From IMG/VR virus record IMGVR_UViG_3300035687_000001: 64,000 bases of DNA. One strand, given 5' to 3'. The notes below the pieces were generated by a model, which saw only the letters and a list, made by a program, of their open reading frames with translations, did no database searches and was not told the origin of the DNA. This document shows, one piece after another, positions 48,591 through 55,636 of this stretch. The position numbers and the translations under genes are program-made. Each line of letters begins with the position of its first letter. Position 1 is the first letter of the stretch. The DNA comes from a virus.

Positions 48591-48630
48591 CAGAAGGCCC
48601 CGGGTGTGCTCGACCACCCGGGGCCTTCTG
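48591..48630. terminator. strong hairpin terminator after translocase gene
   Basis: Perfect 16-bp stem cagaaggccccgggtg/cacccggggccttctg, 8-nt loop. Confidence 0.75.
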
Positions 48631-48673
48631 CTGTCCGCCCTGCGAAGAAGGACATCTTAGCCTAACACGCGCC

Positions 48674-48687
48674 TGACCTGCGCAAAC
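48674..48687 (+). repeat. TGACCTGCGCAAAC repeat, direct copy
   Basis: Exact 14-mer. Confidence 0.7.
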
Positions 48688-48753
48688 GTGCCTCGCGCGC
48701 CTGCGAACACGTACGTACGTACTGCATGCGCACACGCTACGTGCGCGCTGCGC

Positions 48754-48777
48754 GTCTCACGTCGCATGTCTCACGTC
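48754..48777 (+). repeat. tandem GTCTCACGTC repeat (14-nt period)
   Basis: gtctcacgtcgcat gtctcacgtc. Confidence 0.65.
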
Positions 48778-48842
48778 ATGCGTAACACGCGCAGGCGCGG
48801 ACGCTGCGAGAACACGAGATTGATCAAATATGCCCAGGTCAC

Positions 48843-48856
48843 TGACCTGCGGAAAC
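48843..48856 (+). repeat. TGACCTGCGGAAAC repeat, direct copy (1 mismatch)
   Basis: 13/14 match to 48674-48687. Confidence 0.65.
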
Positions 48857-48911
48857 TCTCAGAGGCCATCCTGGGGGTCTCGGCCCGTCTCGCTCCGGGT
48901 CGCGATCATGA

Positions 48912-48944
48912 AAGAGCCCCCGGCACCGTCTCCCGGGGGCTCTT
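48912..48944. terminator. hairpin terminator after minus-strand CDS 48960..49235
   Basis: 12-bp stem aagagcccccgg/ccgggggctctt, 9-nt loop; TTT follows on minus strand. Confidence 0.7.
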
Positions 48945-48959
48945 CTCGACGCAGCGTGA

Positions 48960-49235
48960 CTAGCTCTGGTCGTCCCAGCGGAACAGCCAGCGGCCGTTGC
49001 CGTAGTCCAGCACGGCACCGGGGATCCCGTACTGAGCGTGGGTCTCGGTCAGGATCCGGGTCACCACGGGACCGGCCTGCTGGCACAGGAAGGCGTCGAC
49101 CTTGCGTCCCCAGACCCAGCCCATGATCCCGCTGGGATCGCGGTACCGCTCGAAGGTGACGTGGAACAGAGCGTCCTGCAACCACTCGGAGTCGCTCTGG
49201 TCCCGGGTCGTGTCCCGCACGGCGTCGAGTTCCAT
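48960..49235 (-). CDS. hypothetical protein (91 aa)
   Basis: ATG 49235 (MELDAVRDTTRDQ); weak RBS, alt GTG 49250; track ORF 48960..49481 trimmed. Confidence 0.55.
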   Translation of the reverse strand: MELDAVRDTTRDQSDSEWLQDALFHVTFERYRDPSGIMGWVWGRKVDAFLCQQAGPVVTRILTETHAQYGIPGAVLDYGNGRWLFRWDDQS

Positions 49236-49294
49236 GATGAGGTGTTCCACGCTCGGCGCGAGACCCAGGTTGGGTCCGGTCCCAGTACCGGCGC

Positions 49295-49645
49295 TCACGG
49301 CATGGTCCCGACCCAGCGGAGCTGGAACCGCTCGGGACTCGCCTGGGTCACGGTCCCGTCGAGGTTCAGGTCCATCGACGCCGTCGCGAGGACCTCCTGG
49401 GCCAGGTCCGTGTGGGCCCAGCCGTAGTCGTCGGCCGGTACTGCAGCCTCGATCGCGGTCCCGTCGACCCCCGTGAGGCACAGTTCCGAGATCACCCAGT
49501 ACCGGGCCGCGTGGTACCGGTCCTTGTCGGTCTCGATCGGCGCCGCCGGGTTCGGCATGATCCGCACCAGCCGCTCCTTCGCCGCCTGCGCTGCGCCGAG
49601 AACCTCCGCCATCGCGGGCGGCGCCTCGGCCTTCGTGGTTGCCAT
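49295..49645 (-). CDS. hypothetical protein (116 aa)
   Basis: Track ORF; GGGAGAGAG before ATG. Confidence 0.7.
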   Translation of the reverse strand: MATTKAEAPPAMAEVLGAAQAAKERLVRIMPNPAAPIETDKDRYHAARYWVISELCLTGVDGTAIEAAVPADDYGWAHTDLAQEVLATASMDLNLDGTVTQASPERFQLRWVGTMP

Positions 49646-49682
49646 CTCTCTCCCTTCTCAGCCCCCGGGTGTCCGGGAACTG

Positions 49683-50387
49683 TCAATTGGTCAGAAGCTG
49701 GACGATCTCCCACCACGGCCTTCCGGCGGTCATCAGCGTGGCGGTGCCCAGCAGGCCGACCCCCACGGCCAGGCCCATCGTCACGGCGCCCTCGCCGAGA
49801 TTCACCCACGACCAGCGGGACAGGGTCTTGACCCGGCCCTTCTCGCGGTGGCCGCCGACGCGGAAGCGGGCGATCTCGGGGCAGGTCCAGACCGAGAACC
49901 AGCGCTTGCCGTTGTGCTCGACGAAGGGGGCCCAGAGCGGGATCCCGCTCAGCGTGATGCTGTCCCCCCACAGGTGCGCGAAGTGGCCCAGGGTCATGGC
50001 CAGCGAGGCCCACAGGGCCCAGTCGGACGCGGGACTGGCCGAGACCCCGAAGTAGGTCCCGAGACCCACCAGGACGCCCCAGACGGCCGTGTGGGTCAGG
50101 GTCCGGTGACCCGGGAATCGGCCCATCCGGTCCTTGGGGGTCCGGGTCGCCTCCCAGACGATGATCGAGAGCTTGTTGATCAGCCAGGCCAGGATCCAGG
50201 TGATCGGTCCCAGCAGCTTCGCGGCCTTGGCCTTCGGCATGTCCAGGTCCGGCAGCAGGGCCCCGATCCCGACGATCCCGACGAAGACCAGGGTCACCAC
50301 CGCGTTGGCGGGACCCGGGTGCGGGACCACCGGGGCCACGGCGAGCGCGACCACGTACCCGGAGAGCTGGTGTCCCGTGTGTTCCAT
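49683..50387 (-). CDS. membrane-bound metal-dependent hydrolase (YdjM/DUF457-like)
   Basis: Track ORF; multiple TM helices with conserved His/Asp (LLPDLD, GHRTLTH, LGHFAHLWGDSIT..GIPLWAPF). Confidence 0.75.
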   Translation of the reverse strand: MEHTGHQLSGYVVALAVAPVVPHPGPANAVVTLVFVGIVGIGALLPDLDMPKAKAAKLLGPITWILAWLINKLSIIVWEATRTPKDRMGRFPGHRTLTHTAVWGVLVGLGTYFGVSASPASDWALWASLAMTLGHFAHLWGDSITLSGIPLWAPFVEHNGKRWFSVWTCPEIARFRVGGHREKGRVKTLSRWSWVNLGEGAVTMGLAVGVGLLGTATLMTAGRPWWEIVQLLTN

Positions 50388-50390
50388 GGG

Positions 50391-50618
50391 TCAGCCCTCC
50401 GTGGTCTCGCGCTCACGCGCGGCGTCCCGCAGCTCGGCGAGATACTGCGCGACCTGACGGCAGGCCCAGGCCTCGTCGGACATGGCCTTCACGGTGCGCA
50501 GCTGGTCCGCCTTGCCGTAGGTCTCGGCCGCTCGCTCGTACTTGCGCTGGTCGGCCAGCACCGCGTTACGCGCCTTGTTCAGCGCGTGGACGTGCTCCGG
50601 ACCCAGCTCGATGCTCAT
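50391..50618 (-). CDS. hypothetical helical protein (75 aa)
   Basis: ATG 50618 overlaps stop of 50618..50812. Confidence 0.65.
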   Translation of the reverse strand: MSIELGPEHVHALNKARNAVLADQRKYERAAETYGKADQLRTVKAMSDEAWACRQVAQYLAELRDAARERETTEG

Positions 50619-50812
50619 CAGGGACTCCAGGGATCGACGTAGGGACCGCGCTCGTCGTCTCGCGAGTCGCAGAGGGACGTGTGCTCGTGGATCTCGAACT
50701 TGCCCTCGTGCGCGACTTCGCAGGGCGTGCAGCAGTGCTGGTAGACCACCCGCACCTGCCGGAGGCAAGCCGGGGTGTCGCACTTCTTCAGCTCCCAGGC
50801 CAGCGCGATCAC
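50618..50812 (-). CDS. hypothetical Cys-rich protein (64 aa)
   Basis: GTG 50812 in GTGA overlap; KKCDTPACLRQVRVVYQHCCTPCEVAHEG. Confidence 0.55.
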   Translation of the reverse strand: MIALAWELKKCDTPACLRQVRVVYQHCCTPCEVAHEGKFEIHEHTSLCDSRDDERGPYVDPWSP

Positions 50813-51222
50813 GAGCCCACCACCGGCGAGCAGGGGCCGAGGTGCGGGTGACAGGTGCCCTGGCAGTCCCAGCACCAGCCACCGGTGCACTCCTCGCCGG
50901 ACACGCCGCTGCCGCCGCACGGGCAGCCACAGGCCCCGCAGCAGCCCCGGCGGCTGTGCATCCGGCACCAGGCGTCGCTCTGGGTCGGGGTGCAGCTGCA
51001 CTCCAGGGCGTTGTGCCGGGTGCAGCTCGGGCAGATGCCCTGGTGGTGACCCGGCTCGCCGGGCACCGGGAAGTTCGCGCGCGGGTTGAAGCCGTCCCAC
51101 TCGTGCCCGCCGGAGAAGCGGCCGCACAGCGGGCAGGGCAGCCAGAAGTAGCCGAGCAGCAGCGCGTAGCCCCGATGGACCCAGCGGGGCAGCCAGGAAA
51201 TGTCGTCGAACCGGCGGATCAT
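50809..51222 (-). CDS. hypothetical cysteine-dense protein with one TM helix (137 aa)
   Basis: ATG 51222 in ATGA overlap; about 24 Cys incl. CCGACGCPCGGSG..CTGGWCWDCQGTC; track ORF 50809..51510 trimmed. Confidence 0.65.
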   Translation of the reverse strand: MIRRFDDISWLPRWVHRGYALLLGYFWLPCPLCGRFSGGHEWDGFNPRANFPVPGEPGHHQGICPSCTRHNALECSCTPTQSDAWCRMHSRRGCCGACGCPCGGSGVSGEECTGGWCWDCQGTCHPHLGPCSPVVGS

Positions 51223-51575
51223 GAGACCGCATCTCCGATCATGAAGACGCCGTGCTGGTCGAGGTGGCAGTAGAAGTCGCCCTCGACCACGGCGTGCTGG
51301 AGCTGCATCGTGGCCGCGCGAGTCATCGGGCAGTCGCGCAGATTCGGGCGGCAGGCCAGCGGGTGCTTGATCGTCCAGCTCTCCGGGGCCAGGCTGATCA
51401 CGTGCTGGCCGTTGTCCTCGACCGGCATCAGCCGGACGACGTCCTCGGGCAGCTTCTCGGGGATGCGACCGGCGAAGCCACGTCCCATAGCGGGGACGTA
51501 CTGCCCCCACTTACTGCTCCGCTCAAAGATCACCTCACGGCTCGGCGACCACCACAACTCGGGCATCTCAGGCAT
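51219..51575 (-). CDS. hypothetical protein (118 aa)
   Basis: ATG 51575 9 nt after GGAGG (alt ATG 51566). Confidence 0.65.
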   Translation of the reverse strand: MPEMPELWWSPSREVIFERSSKWGQYVPAMGRGFAGRIPEKLPEDVVRLMPVEDNGQHVISLAPESWTIKHPLACRPNLRDCPMTRAATMQLQHAVVEGDFYCHLDQHGVFMIGDAVS

Positions 51576-51957
51576 CTCGCTCCGCCTCCAGCTCGCTGAT
51601 GCGCTCACGCAGCCGCTCGTTCTCATCGCAGACCCGGCTGAAGGCGGCCTCGACGGAGTGCTCCTCGCTCAGTACGCCACCCGCGACGAAGACGTTCCAG
51701 GTGCGTTCAGGCCAACGCTCCTCGAAATCGTGGGCGGCCGTGGCGATCGCCTCGAAGAACTGGTTCAGCTCGCTGAGGGCCAGCGAAGCCGGAACCTCGG
51801 CGATCATCTGGTAGATCTCGTCGTCCCCGCCGCTCCGCGCGGCCGATCGCATGGCCTGCTCGACCGTGTTCAGCAGGGCCTCCAGCTCCCAACCCGCGTC
51901 GAGACTCAGGTCCTGGGGGACGTAGATCCGCAGGTGGTCCTCGAAGTCCTCGCTCAT
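51568..51957 (-). CDS. hypothetical protein (129 aa)
   Basis: ATG 51957 (MSEDFEDHLRIYVPQD) in ATGA overlap. Confidence 0.7.
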   Translation of the reverse strand: MSEDFEDHLRIYVPQDLSLDAGWELEALLNTVEQAMRSAARSGGDDEIYQMIAEVPASLALSELNQFFEAIATAAHDFEERWPERTWNVFVAGGVLSEEHSVEAAFSRVCDENERLRERISELEAERDA

Positions 51958-52736
51958 GAGAACAGGTCCAGCATCGAGACGCCGTGGCCGAAGCCATTGC
52001 GCAGGGTCTCCGGGCTCATCGCTTCCATCCCCTTCTGCTGGCGCAGGCCAGCCATGGCCAGGTCCCAGCGCTCGTCGTCGGTGTTGTCGTCGTACCAGGC
52101 GTCCTCGTTGAGCGGCTCGCCCTCGCCGTCCTGAGGGCCGACCCATCCGGCGACGTACTGGTTCGGGAAGCTGTCGGTCACCGAGTACGAGGTGACCACG
52201 GGGTGCTCGGAGCCGGAGCGCAACAGCGTCTGCACCTTGTCCCAGCCCATGCCGTCGCGGTAGAGACCGGTATCGAGACCCTGCTGGATCACGTCGGCCA
52301 GCCAGGCCCGGTCCGGCCCCTCGACCCAGGCGTGGATCTCGCACTGGGCGTGCAGCCGGGCGAACAGGCACAGCGGGTCGTTGCCGAGCATCAGGATGGT
52401 GTTGAGCTGGAGGCTGAAGGTCTCCAGTGGCTTGCCTTCGTGCTGGAAGAGACACCGCTCCAAGCCGACGCTGAACGACGAGCGCAGGTAGGCCTTGTCC
52501 AGCAGCGGACCGTGCTTCTCCAGGGTGACCGGGTCCACCGAGCTGCCGTCCGGGTAGGCGTCGCGTGCGTACCTCTGCTGGGCCTCCGGCACCATCGCGG
52601 CGAACACCTCGCGGTCCGAGAACTCCGGCAAATGCGAGACGGCCAGTTTGGTGACCATGAGACCCATGTGCGCGCGCTCGGCGCCGTGGACCTCGGCCTC
52701 GCCCTCGTGCTGGGTGTGGAAGTAGATGCGGCTCAC
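51954..52736 (-). CDS. hypothetical protein (260 aa)
   Basis: GTG 52736 in GTGA overlap; VSRIYFHTQHEGEAEVHGAERAHMG..; track ORF 51954..53138 trimmed. Confidence 0.7.
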   Translation of the reverse strand: MSRIYFHTQHEGEAEVHGAERAHMGLMVTKLAVSHLPEFSDREVFAAMVPEAQQRYARDAYPDGSSVDPVTLEKHGPLLDKAYLRSSFSVGLERCLFQHEGKPLETFSLQLNTILMLGNDPLCLFARLHAQCEIHAWVEGPDRAWLADVIQQGLDTGLYRDGMGWDKVQTLLRSGSEHPVVTSYSVTDSFPNQYVAGWVGPQDGEGEPLNEDAWYDDNTDDERWDLAMAGLRQQKGMEAMSPETLRNGFGHGVSMLDLFS

Positions 52737-52954
52737 GGGTTCTCCTCGATGTAGACGGGCGAGTCCCAGCGGTGCCGCCAGGTCACGACCTTCAGTCCGG
52801 CGCGCTGGGCACGGCGTGCTTCGAGCAGCGCGTGCAGTTGAGCCTGCCGCTCGGCGGCCTCTCGCTGGGCCAGCACCAGCCGGTTCTCGACTTTGGCGAT
52901 CTGGGCGTCCAGCTCCTCGACGTTCAGGACCTGGCACTGCGGGTAGAGGCTCAT
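52733..52954 (-). CDS. hypothetical coiled-coil protein (73 aa)
   Basis: Track ORF. Confidence 0.7.
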   Translation of the reverse strand: MSLYPQCQVLNVEELDAQIAKVENRLVLAQREAAERQAQLHALLEARRAQRAGLKVVTWRHRWDSPVYIEENP

Positions 52955-53208
52955 GCGGGGTCCGGCTGCCCGTAGTAAGGATCGACGTCGGCGGCGCGGT
53001 AGTTGGACCGGGCCGCGCTGTCGAGGCGAGTGACCTTGATCCGGACACCTCGGCGCGGGACCGCAGAGCCGCCCAGCTCGTCGTACCAGGTGGTGCAGAC
53101 GGCGTAGATCGGCTGATCCGGGCCGATGCTGTCGACACGCAGGAAGCGCGTCGCGCGATTGCGCGGGTCGTTGTCGATGAAGAGAGATCCGGGCTCGGGC
53201 GTGGTCAT
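52951..53208 (-). CDS. hypothetical protein (85 aa)
   Basis: Track ORF; first gene after cassette P27; heads an 11-gene run with no further cassette down to terminator 48912-48944. Confidence 0.75.
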   Translation of the reverse strand: MTTPEPGSLFIDNDPRNRATRFLRVDSIGPDQPIYAVCTTWYDELGGSAVPRRGVRIKVTRLDSAARSNYRAADVDPYYGQPDPA

Positions 53209-53216
53209 TGCCTCAT

Positions 53217-53273
53217 CCTCCAGTGCGGATGCGTTGTCAGTGGGATACTACCCGATTGGGTAGGTGATCACAA
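53217..53273 (-). promoter_or_regulatory. promoter/operator/leader cassette P27
   Basis: Box 53217-53228; core 53248-53263; TTGTGA(53268-53273)-17-TAGTAT(53245-53250). Confidence 0.6.
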
Positions 53274-53378
53274 GCGCTTCCGGCGGCGGTCCTGCCGTAT
53301 CGAGCGCTCGCGGTTGGACAGCTTGCCCTCGCGGTAGGCCCGGACGAGACGCCGCACGAGACGCGCGAAGCCGATCAC
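53268..53378 (-). CDS. possible small basic protein (36 aa)
   Basis: GTG 53378 in GTGA overlap; VIGFARLVRRLVRAYREGKLSNRERSIRQDRRRKRL. Confidence 0.4.
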   Translation of the reverse strand: MIGFARLVRRLVRAYREGKLSNRERSIRQDRRRKRL

Positions 53379-53566
53379 AGCGGCCACGACCAGGTCACCG
53401 GCGCCATCGCGCGCAGTTCGTCGAGCTTGGCCAGCGAGAACCCCGCCAGCGGGACGAACCGGCCGCGCCAGCTGAACCCGCTGTGCTTGCTCGCACGGTG
53501 GCGGGCGAGGGTCGGCGGCGTTCTCAGCGGCAGGCTGCACACGCGGTGCAGCAGCTCCTTCAGCAT
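53375..53566 (-). CDS. hypothetical protein (63 aa)
   Basis: ATG 53566 after TGGAGGAAG; high GC3; MLKELLHRVCSLPLRTPP.. Confidence 0.55.
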   Translation of the reverse strand: MLKELLHRVCSLPLRTPPTLARHRASKHSGFSWRGRFVPLAGFSLAKLDELRAMAPVTWSWPL

Positions 53567-53593
53567 GATGTCTTCCTCCAGGGCGGAGACGGG

Positions 53594-53635
53594 CCGAGCC
53601 CGGCAGCTGGTTGTCACACCAGTTGCCGGGCTCGG
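53594..53635 (-). terminator. hairpin terminator after WhiB-like gene
   Basis: 18-bp stem (1 mismatch) ccgagcccggcagctggt/accagttgccgggctcgg, 6-nt loop. Confidence 0.7.
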
Positions 53636-53652
53636 GTTCGGGGGTGAACAGC

Positions 53653-53904
53653 TCAGACGCGGGAGCGGGTGAGCTTGCGACGCTCGTCGGGGGTCGTGCC
53701 GCCGAAGATGCCGTGGTCGAGACCGTTCTCCAGGGCGAAGCCCAGGCAGACCTCCCTGACCGGGCAGGTGCCGCAGACCGCCTTCGCCTGCGCCGTCTGC
53801 CGCTCGCCGGGCCCGAACTCGGAGACCGGGAAGAACAGCTCCGGGTCCTCGTCCTTGCACGCGGCGAAGTCGCTCCACGCGAACTGTCCGATGCGCTCGT
53901 TCAT
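53653..53904 (-). CDS. whiB: WhiB-family Fe-S transcription factor
   Basis: Track ORF; four Cys (C..CGTCPVREVC) plus GIFGG turn and basic tail; GAGGAGG before ATG. Confidence 0.9.
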   Translation of the reverse strand: MNERIGQFAWSDFAACKDEDPELFFPVSEFGPGERQTAQAKAVCGTCPVREVCLGFALENGLDHGIFGGTTPDERRKLTRSRV

Positions 53905-53967
53905 GATCGGCCTCCTCTCAGGCTTCGGTACGAAGTGAAACGGAATGGAACGTTCTGGAACAGCGGA

Positions 53968-54141
53968 TTACCGCTGGACCTCGCCACGGTCGATCACGGC
54001 CGACATCGTGTTGAGGCCGTTCTGGACCTCGTCGAGCAGGTCCGTCTCGCTCAGCTCGAAGCCCACCATGGCGGGGTCGAGGACGAACCTGACGGAGACG
54101 GTGACTTCGTACAGGCCGTTCTCGTTCTGCTTGGCGCGCAT
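53968..54141 (-). CDS. hypothetical protein (57 aa)
   Basis: ATG 54141 5 nt after GGAGG of cassette P28; MRAKQNENGLYEVTVSVRFVLDPAM..; below track cutoff. Confidence 0.6.
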   Translation of the reverse strand: MRAKQNENGLYEVTVSVRFVLDPAMVGFELSETDLLDEVQNGLNTMSAVIDRGEVQR

Positions 54142-54146
54142 TGTGG

Positions 54147-54206
54147 CCTCCGGTGCGGCTTGGTGGTGTACTGATCACAGTACCCGAATGGGTAGGGTAG
54201 GCGCAA
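54147..54206 (-). promoter_or_regulatory. promoter/operator/leader cassette P28
   Basis: Box 54147-54158; core gtacccgaatgggtag 54180-54195; TTGCGC(54201-54206)-18-TACTGT(54177-54182). Confidence 0.55.
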
Positions 54207-54209
54207 GCC

Positions 54210-54323
54210 CTACTTCCGGCGTCTCTTGCGCCAGCGCCGGAAGAGCGGCTCGACGCCGAGCCAGAGGAATGCCATACCCGCAATCGCAGCGCCGGACACG
54301 CCGATGTACCCCAGCGTGGTCAC
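54210..54323 (-). CDS. small membrane peptide with basic tail (37 aa)
   Basis: GTG 54323 in GTGA overlap; VTTLGYIGVSGAAIAGMAFLWLGVEPLFRRWRKRRRK. Confidence 0.45.
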   Translation of the reverse strand: MTTLGYIGVSGAAIAGMAFLWLGVEPLFRRWRKRRRK

Positions 54324-54616
54324 GAGGCCCGCTCCCGGCGACGGCGCTCCCACCAGTGCTCCTTGGTGAAGACCACCTTGCCGCCGACGAACTGTTGTCC
54401 GCAGGTGCGCGGCGGCTTGCGCCGGACCCAGACCTGCCCGCAGTCGTCGCACTGCCAGCGGCAGCCGACCGGGAAGTCCATGCCATGAGGCGGCGCGGAG
54501 GTCACCGTTCCGGCCGGGAGACCCAGCCGGTTCCCCTCGGGCAGCGGTGGCTTCTGTCCCCAGCCCGGGTAGCAGCGATGGTTCGACTTGGGCTTGAAGA
54601 TGACCCGGCCGCTCAC
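54320..54616 (-). CDS. zinc-ribbon protein (98 aa)
   Basis: Track ORF; CRWQCDDCGQVW. Confidence 0.7.
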   Translation of the reverse strand: MSGRVIFKPKSNHRCYPGWGQKPPLPEGNRLGLPAGTVTSAPPHGMDFPVGCRWQCDDCGQVWVRRKPPRTCGQQFVGGKVVFTKEHWWERRRRERAS

Positions 54617-54855
54617 GAGGCCAGCTCACGCAGCTCGGTCAGCACGTCCTCGGGGATGACCTCGGTCAGACCGAGCATGTCGGCCAGCTCCAGGTAGTCC
54701 TCCGGGCTGGCCGACATGGGCAGGAGGTTCTTAGCCGCCCGCACCCGCTCCTCGCGCCGGTAGGCCTGCTCGGCCTCGCGCATCTCGGCGTCGGTCTTGC
54801 CGAGCCGCGTGGTCAGCGGGTTCCAGGTGCCGTTGTTGGCGATCGTGCTGCGCAT
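54613..54855 (-). CDS. hypothetical protein (80 aa)
   Basis: Track ORF. Confidence 0.7.
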   Translation of the reverse strand: MRSTIANNGTWNPLTTRLGKTDAEMREAEQAYRREERVRAAKNLLPMSASPEDYLELADMLGLTEVIPEDVLTELRELAS

Positions 54856-55073
54856 CAGGCTGCCGCCTCCTCGATGTCGGTGTGGACCACGCCGGTGGGC
54901 TCGAAGCCGCCCCGCTCGTCGAAGGGCTCACCGTGCCAGCCGCGCTGCCAGGCGCGGTAGGACACCGTGGTCGGGTGGTAGGGGTTGCCCAGGTCGGGCT
55001 GGGCCTCCAGGTGGGCCGTGTCGCCCTGACGCCAGGCCAGGTGGGTCTGATCGGTACGCGGGATGGCACTCAT
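54855..55073 (-). CDS. hypothetical protein (72 aa)
   Basis: Track ORF; ATG after CCACACCGAAGGGAGCGGAG (orphan box variant 55082-55093). Confidence 0.7.
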   Translation of the reverse strand: MSAIPRTDQTHLAWRQGDTAHLEAQPDLGNPYHPTTVSYRAWQRGWHGEPFDERGGFEPTGVVHTDIEEAAA

Positions 55074-55100
55074 CTCCGCTCCCTTCGGTGTGGGATTGGA

Positions 55101-55149
55101 GCAACCCCCTGCTTGGCGGCCCTAGGGCATCCGCCGGGCAGGGGGTTGC
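55101..55149 (-). terminator. long hairpin terminator after Lsr2-like gene
   Basis: 12-bp stem gcaaccccctgc/gcagggggttgc with inner ggcgg/ccgcc stem. Confidence 0.55.
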
Positions 55150-55160
55150 TGGCTCTTCAT

Positions 55161-55526
55161 CTATTGACGGTGCTTGAGAGGGCCCACGGACCGCTCGAAG
55201 GCGTCCAGCACGGGTGTCGGGACCTTCCCCCGGGTGCTGACCCTCATGCCCTGCTGGTTGGCCCAGGCGCGAACATCGGCCAGCTCGGCGCGCTTGGCCT
55301 GCGCCGGGGTCATGTCCCGGCGGGCCTCCACGTCGATCAGCGGCCGCGCCGCCGTGACGTACTCGATCAGCGCCGCACGCAGGTCCTTGGCGTTGCGGTC
55401 GGAGAGGTCGATGACGTAGCTCGTGCCGTCGATGCCGAAGACGATCTCCTCGTCCGCCGCGATGTCGAGGTTGCCGCGCTGGCGCTCCAGGTCGTCGACC
55501 CGGCGACGGATCACTTGTTCCGCCAT
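55161..55526 (-). CDS. lsr2: Lsr2-like nucleoid-associated protein
   Basis: ATG 55526 after GGGAGG; N-terminal VDDLERQ..EIVFGIDGTSYVIDLSDRNAKDLRAAL and C-terminal VRAWANQQGMRVSTRGKVPTPVLDAF match the Lsr2 dimerisation and AT-hook-like domains; track ORF 55161..55601 trimmed. Confidence 0.85.
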   Translation of the reverse strand: MAEQVIRRRVDDLERQRGNLDIAADEEIVFGIDGTSYVIDLSDRNAKDLRAALIEYVTAARPLIDVEARRDMTPAQAKRAELADVRAWANQQGMRVSTRGKVPTPVLDAFERSVGPLKHRQ

Positions 55527-55636
55527 TACGGCCTCCCTTTCCGTCGGATTCTGCTGGACATTGCGCAGAGTTCTGAGGGTATTCAAGCGTATATCACTCA
55601 CCTCTTTCGATCAATAAGCGCAGGGACTTCGATACG

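Larger units (their letters stand above)
48640..48860. other. lower-GC iteron-rich non-coding region (candidate clt/origin-like cis site)
   Basis: TAACACGCGC x2 (48663-48672, 48783-48792); TGACCTGCG(C/G)AAAC x3; tandem GTCTCACGTC x2 (48754-48763, 48768-48777); (ACGT)3 48709-48722; CTGCGA(G)AACACG x2 (48701, 48805). Confidence 0.5.

Noticed and set aside
48640-48910. attP or integrase-associated site, or a tRNA gene, in the low-GC gap
   Set aside because: There is no integrase or recombinase anywhere in the window. I found no tRNA-like T-arm (GGTTCGANTCC) or cloverleaf in this or the other low-GC gaps.
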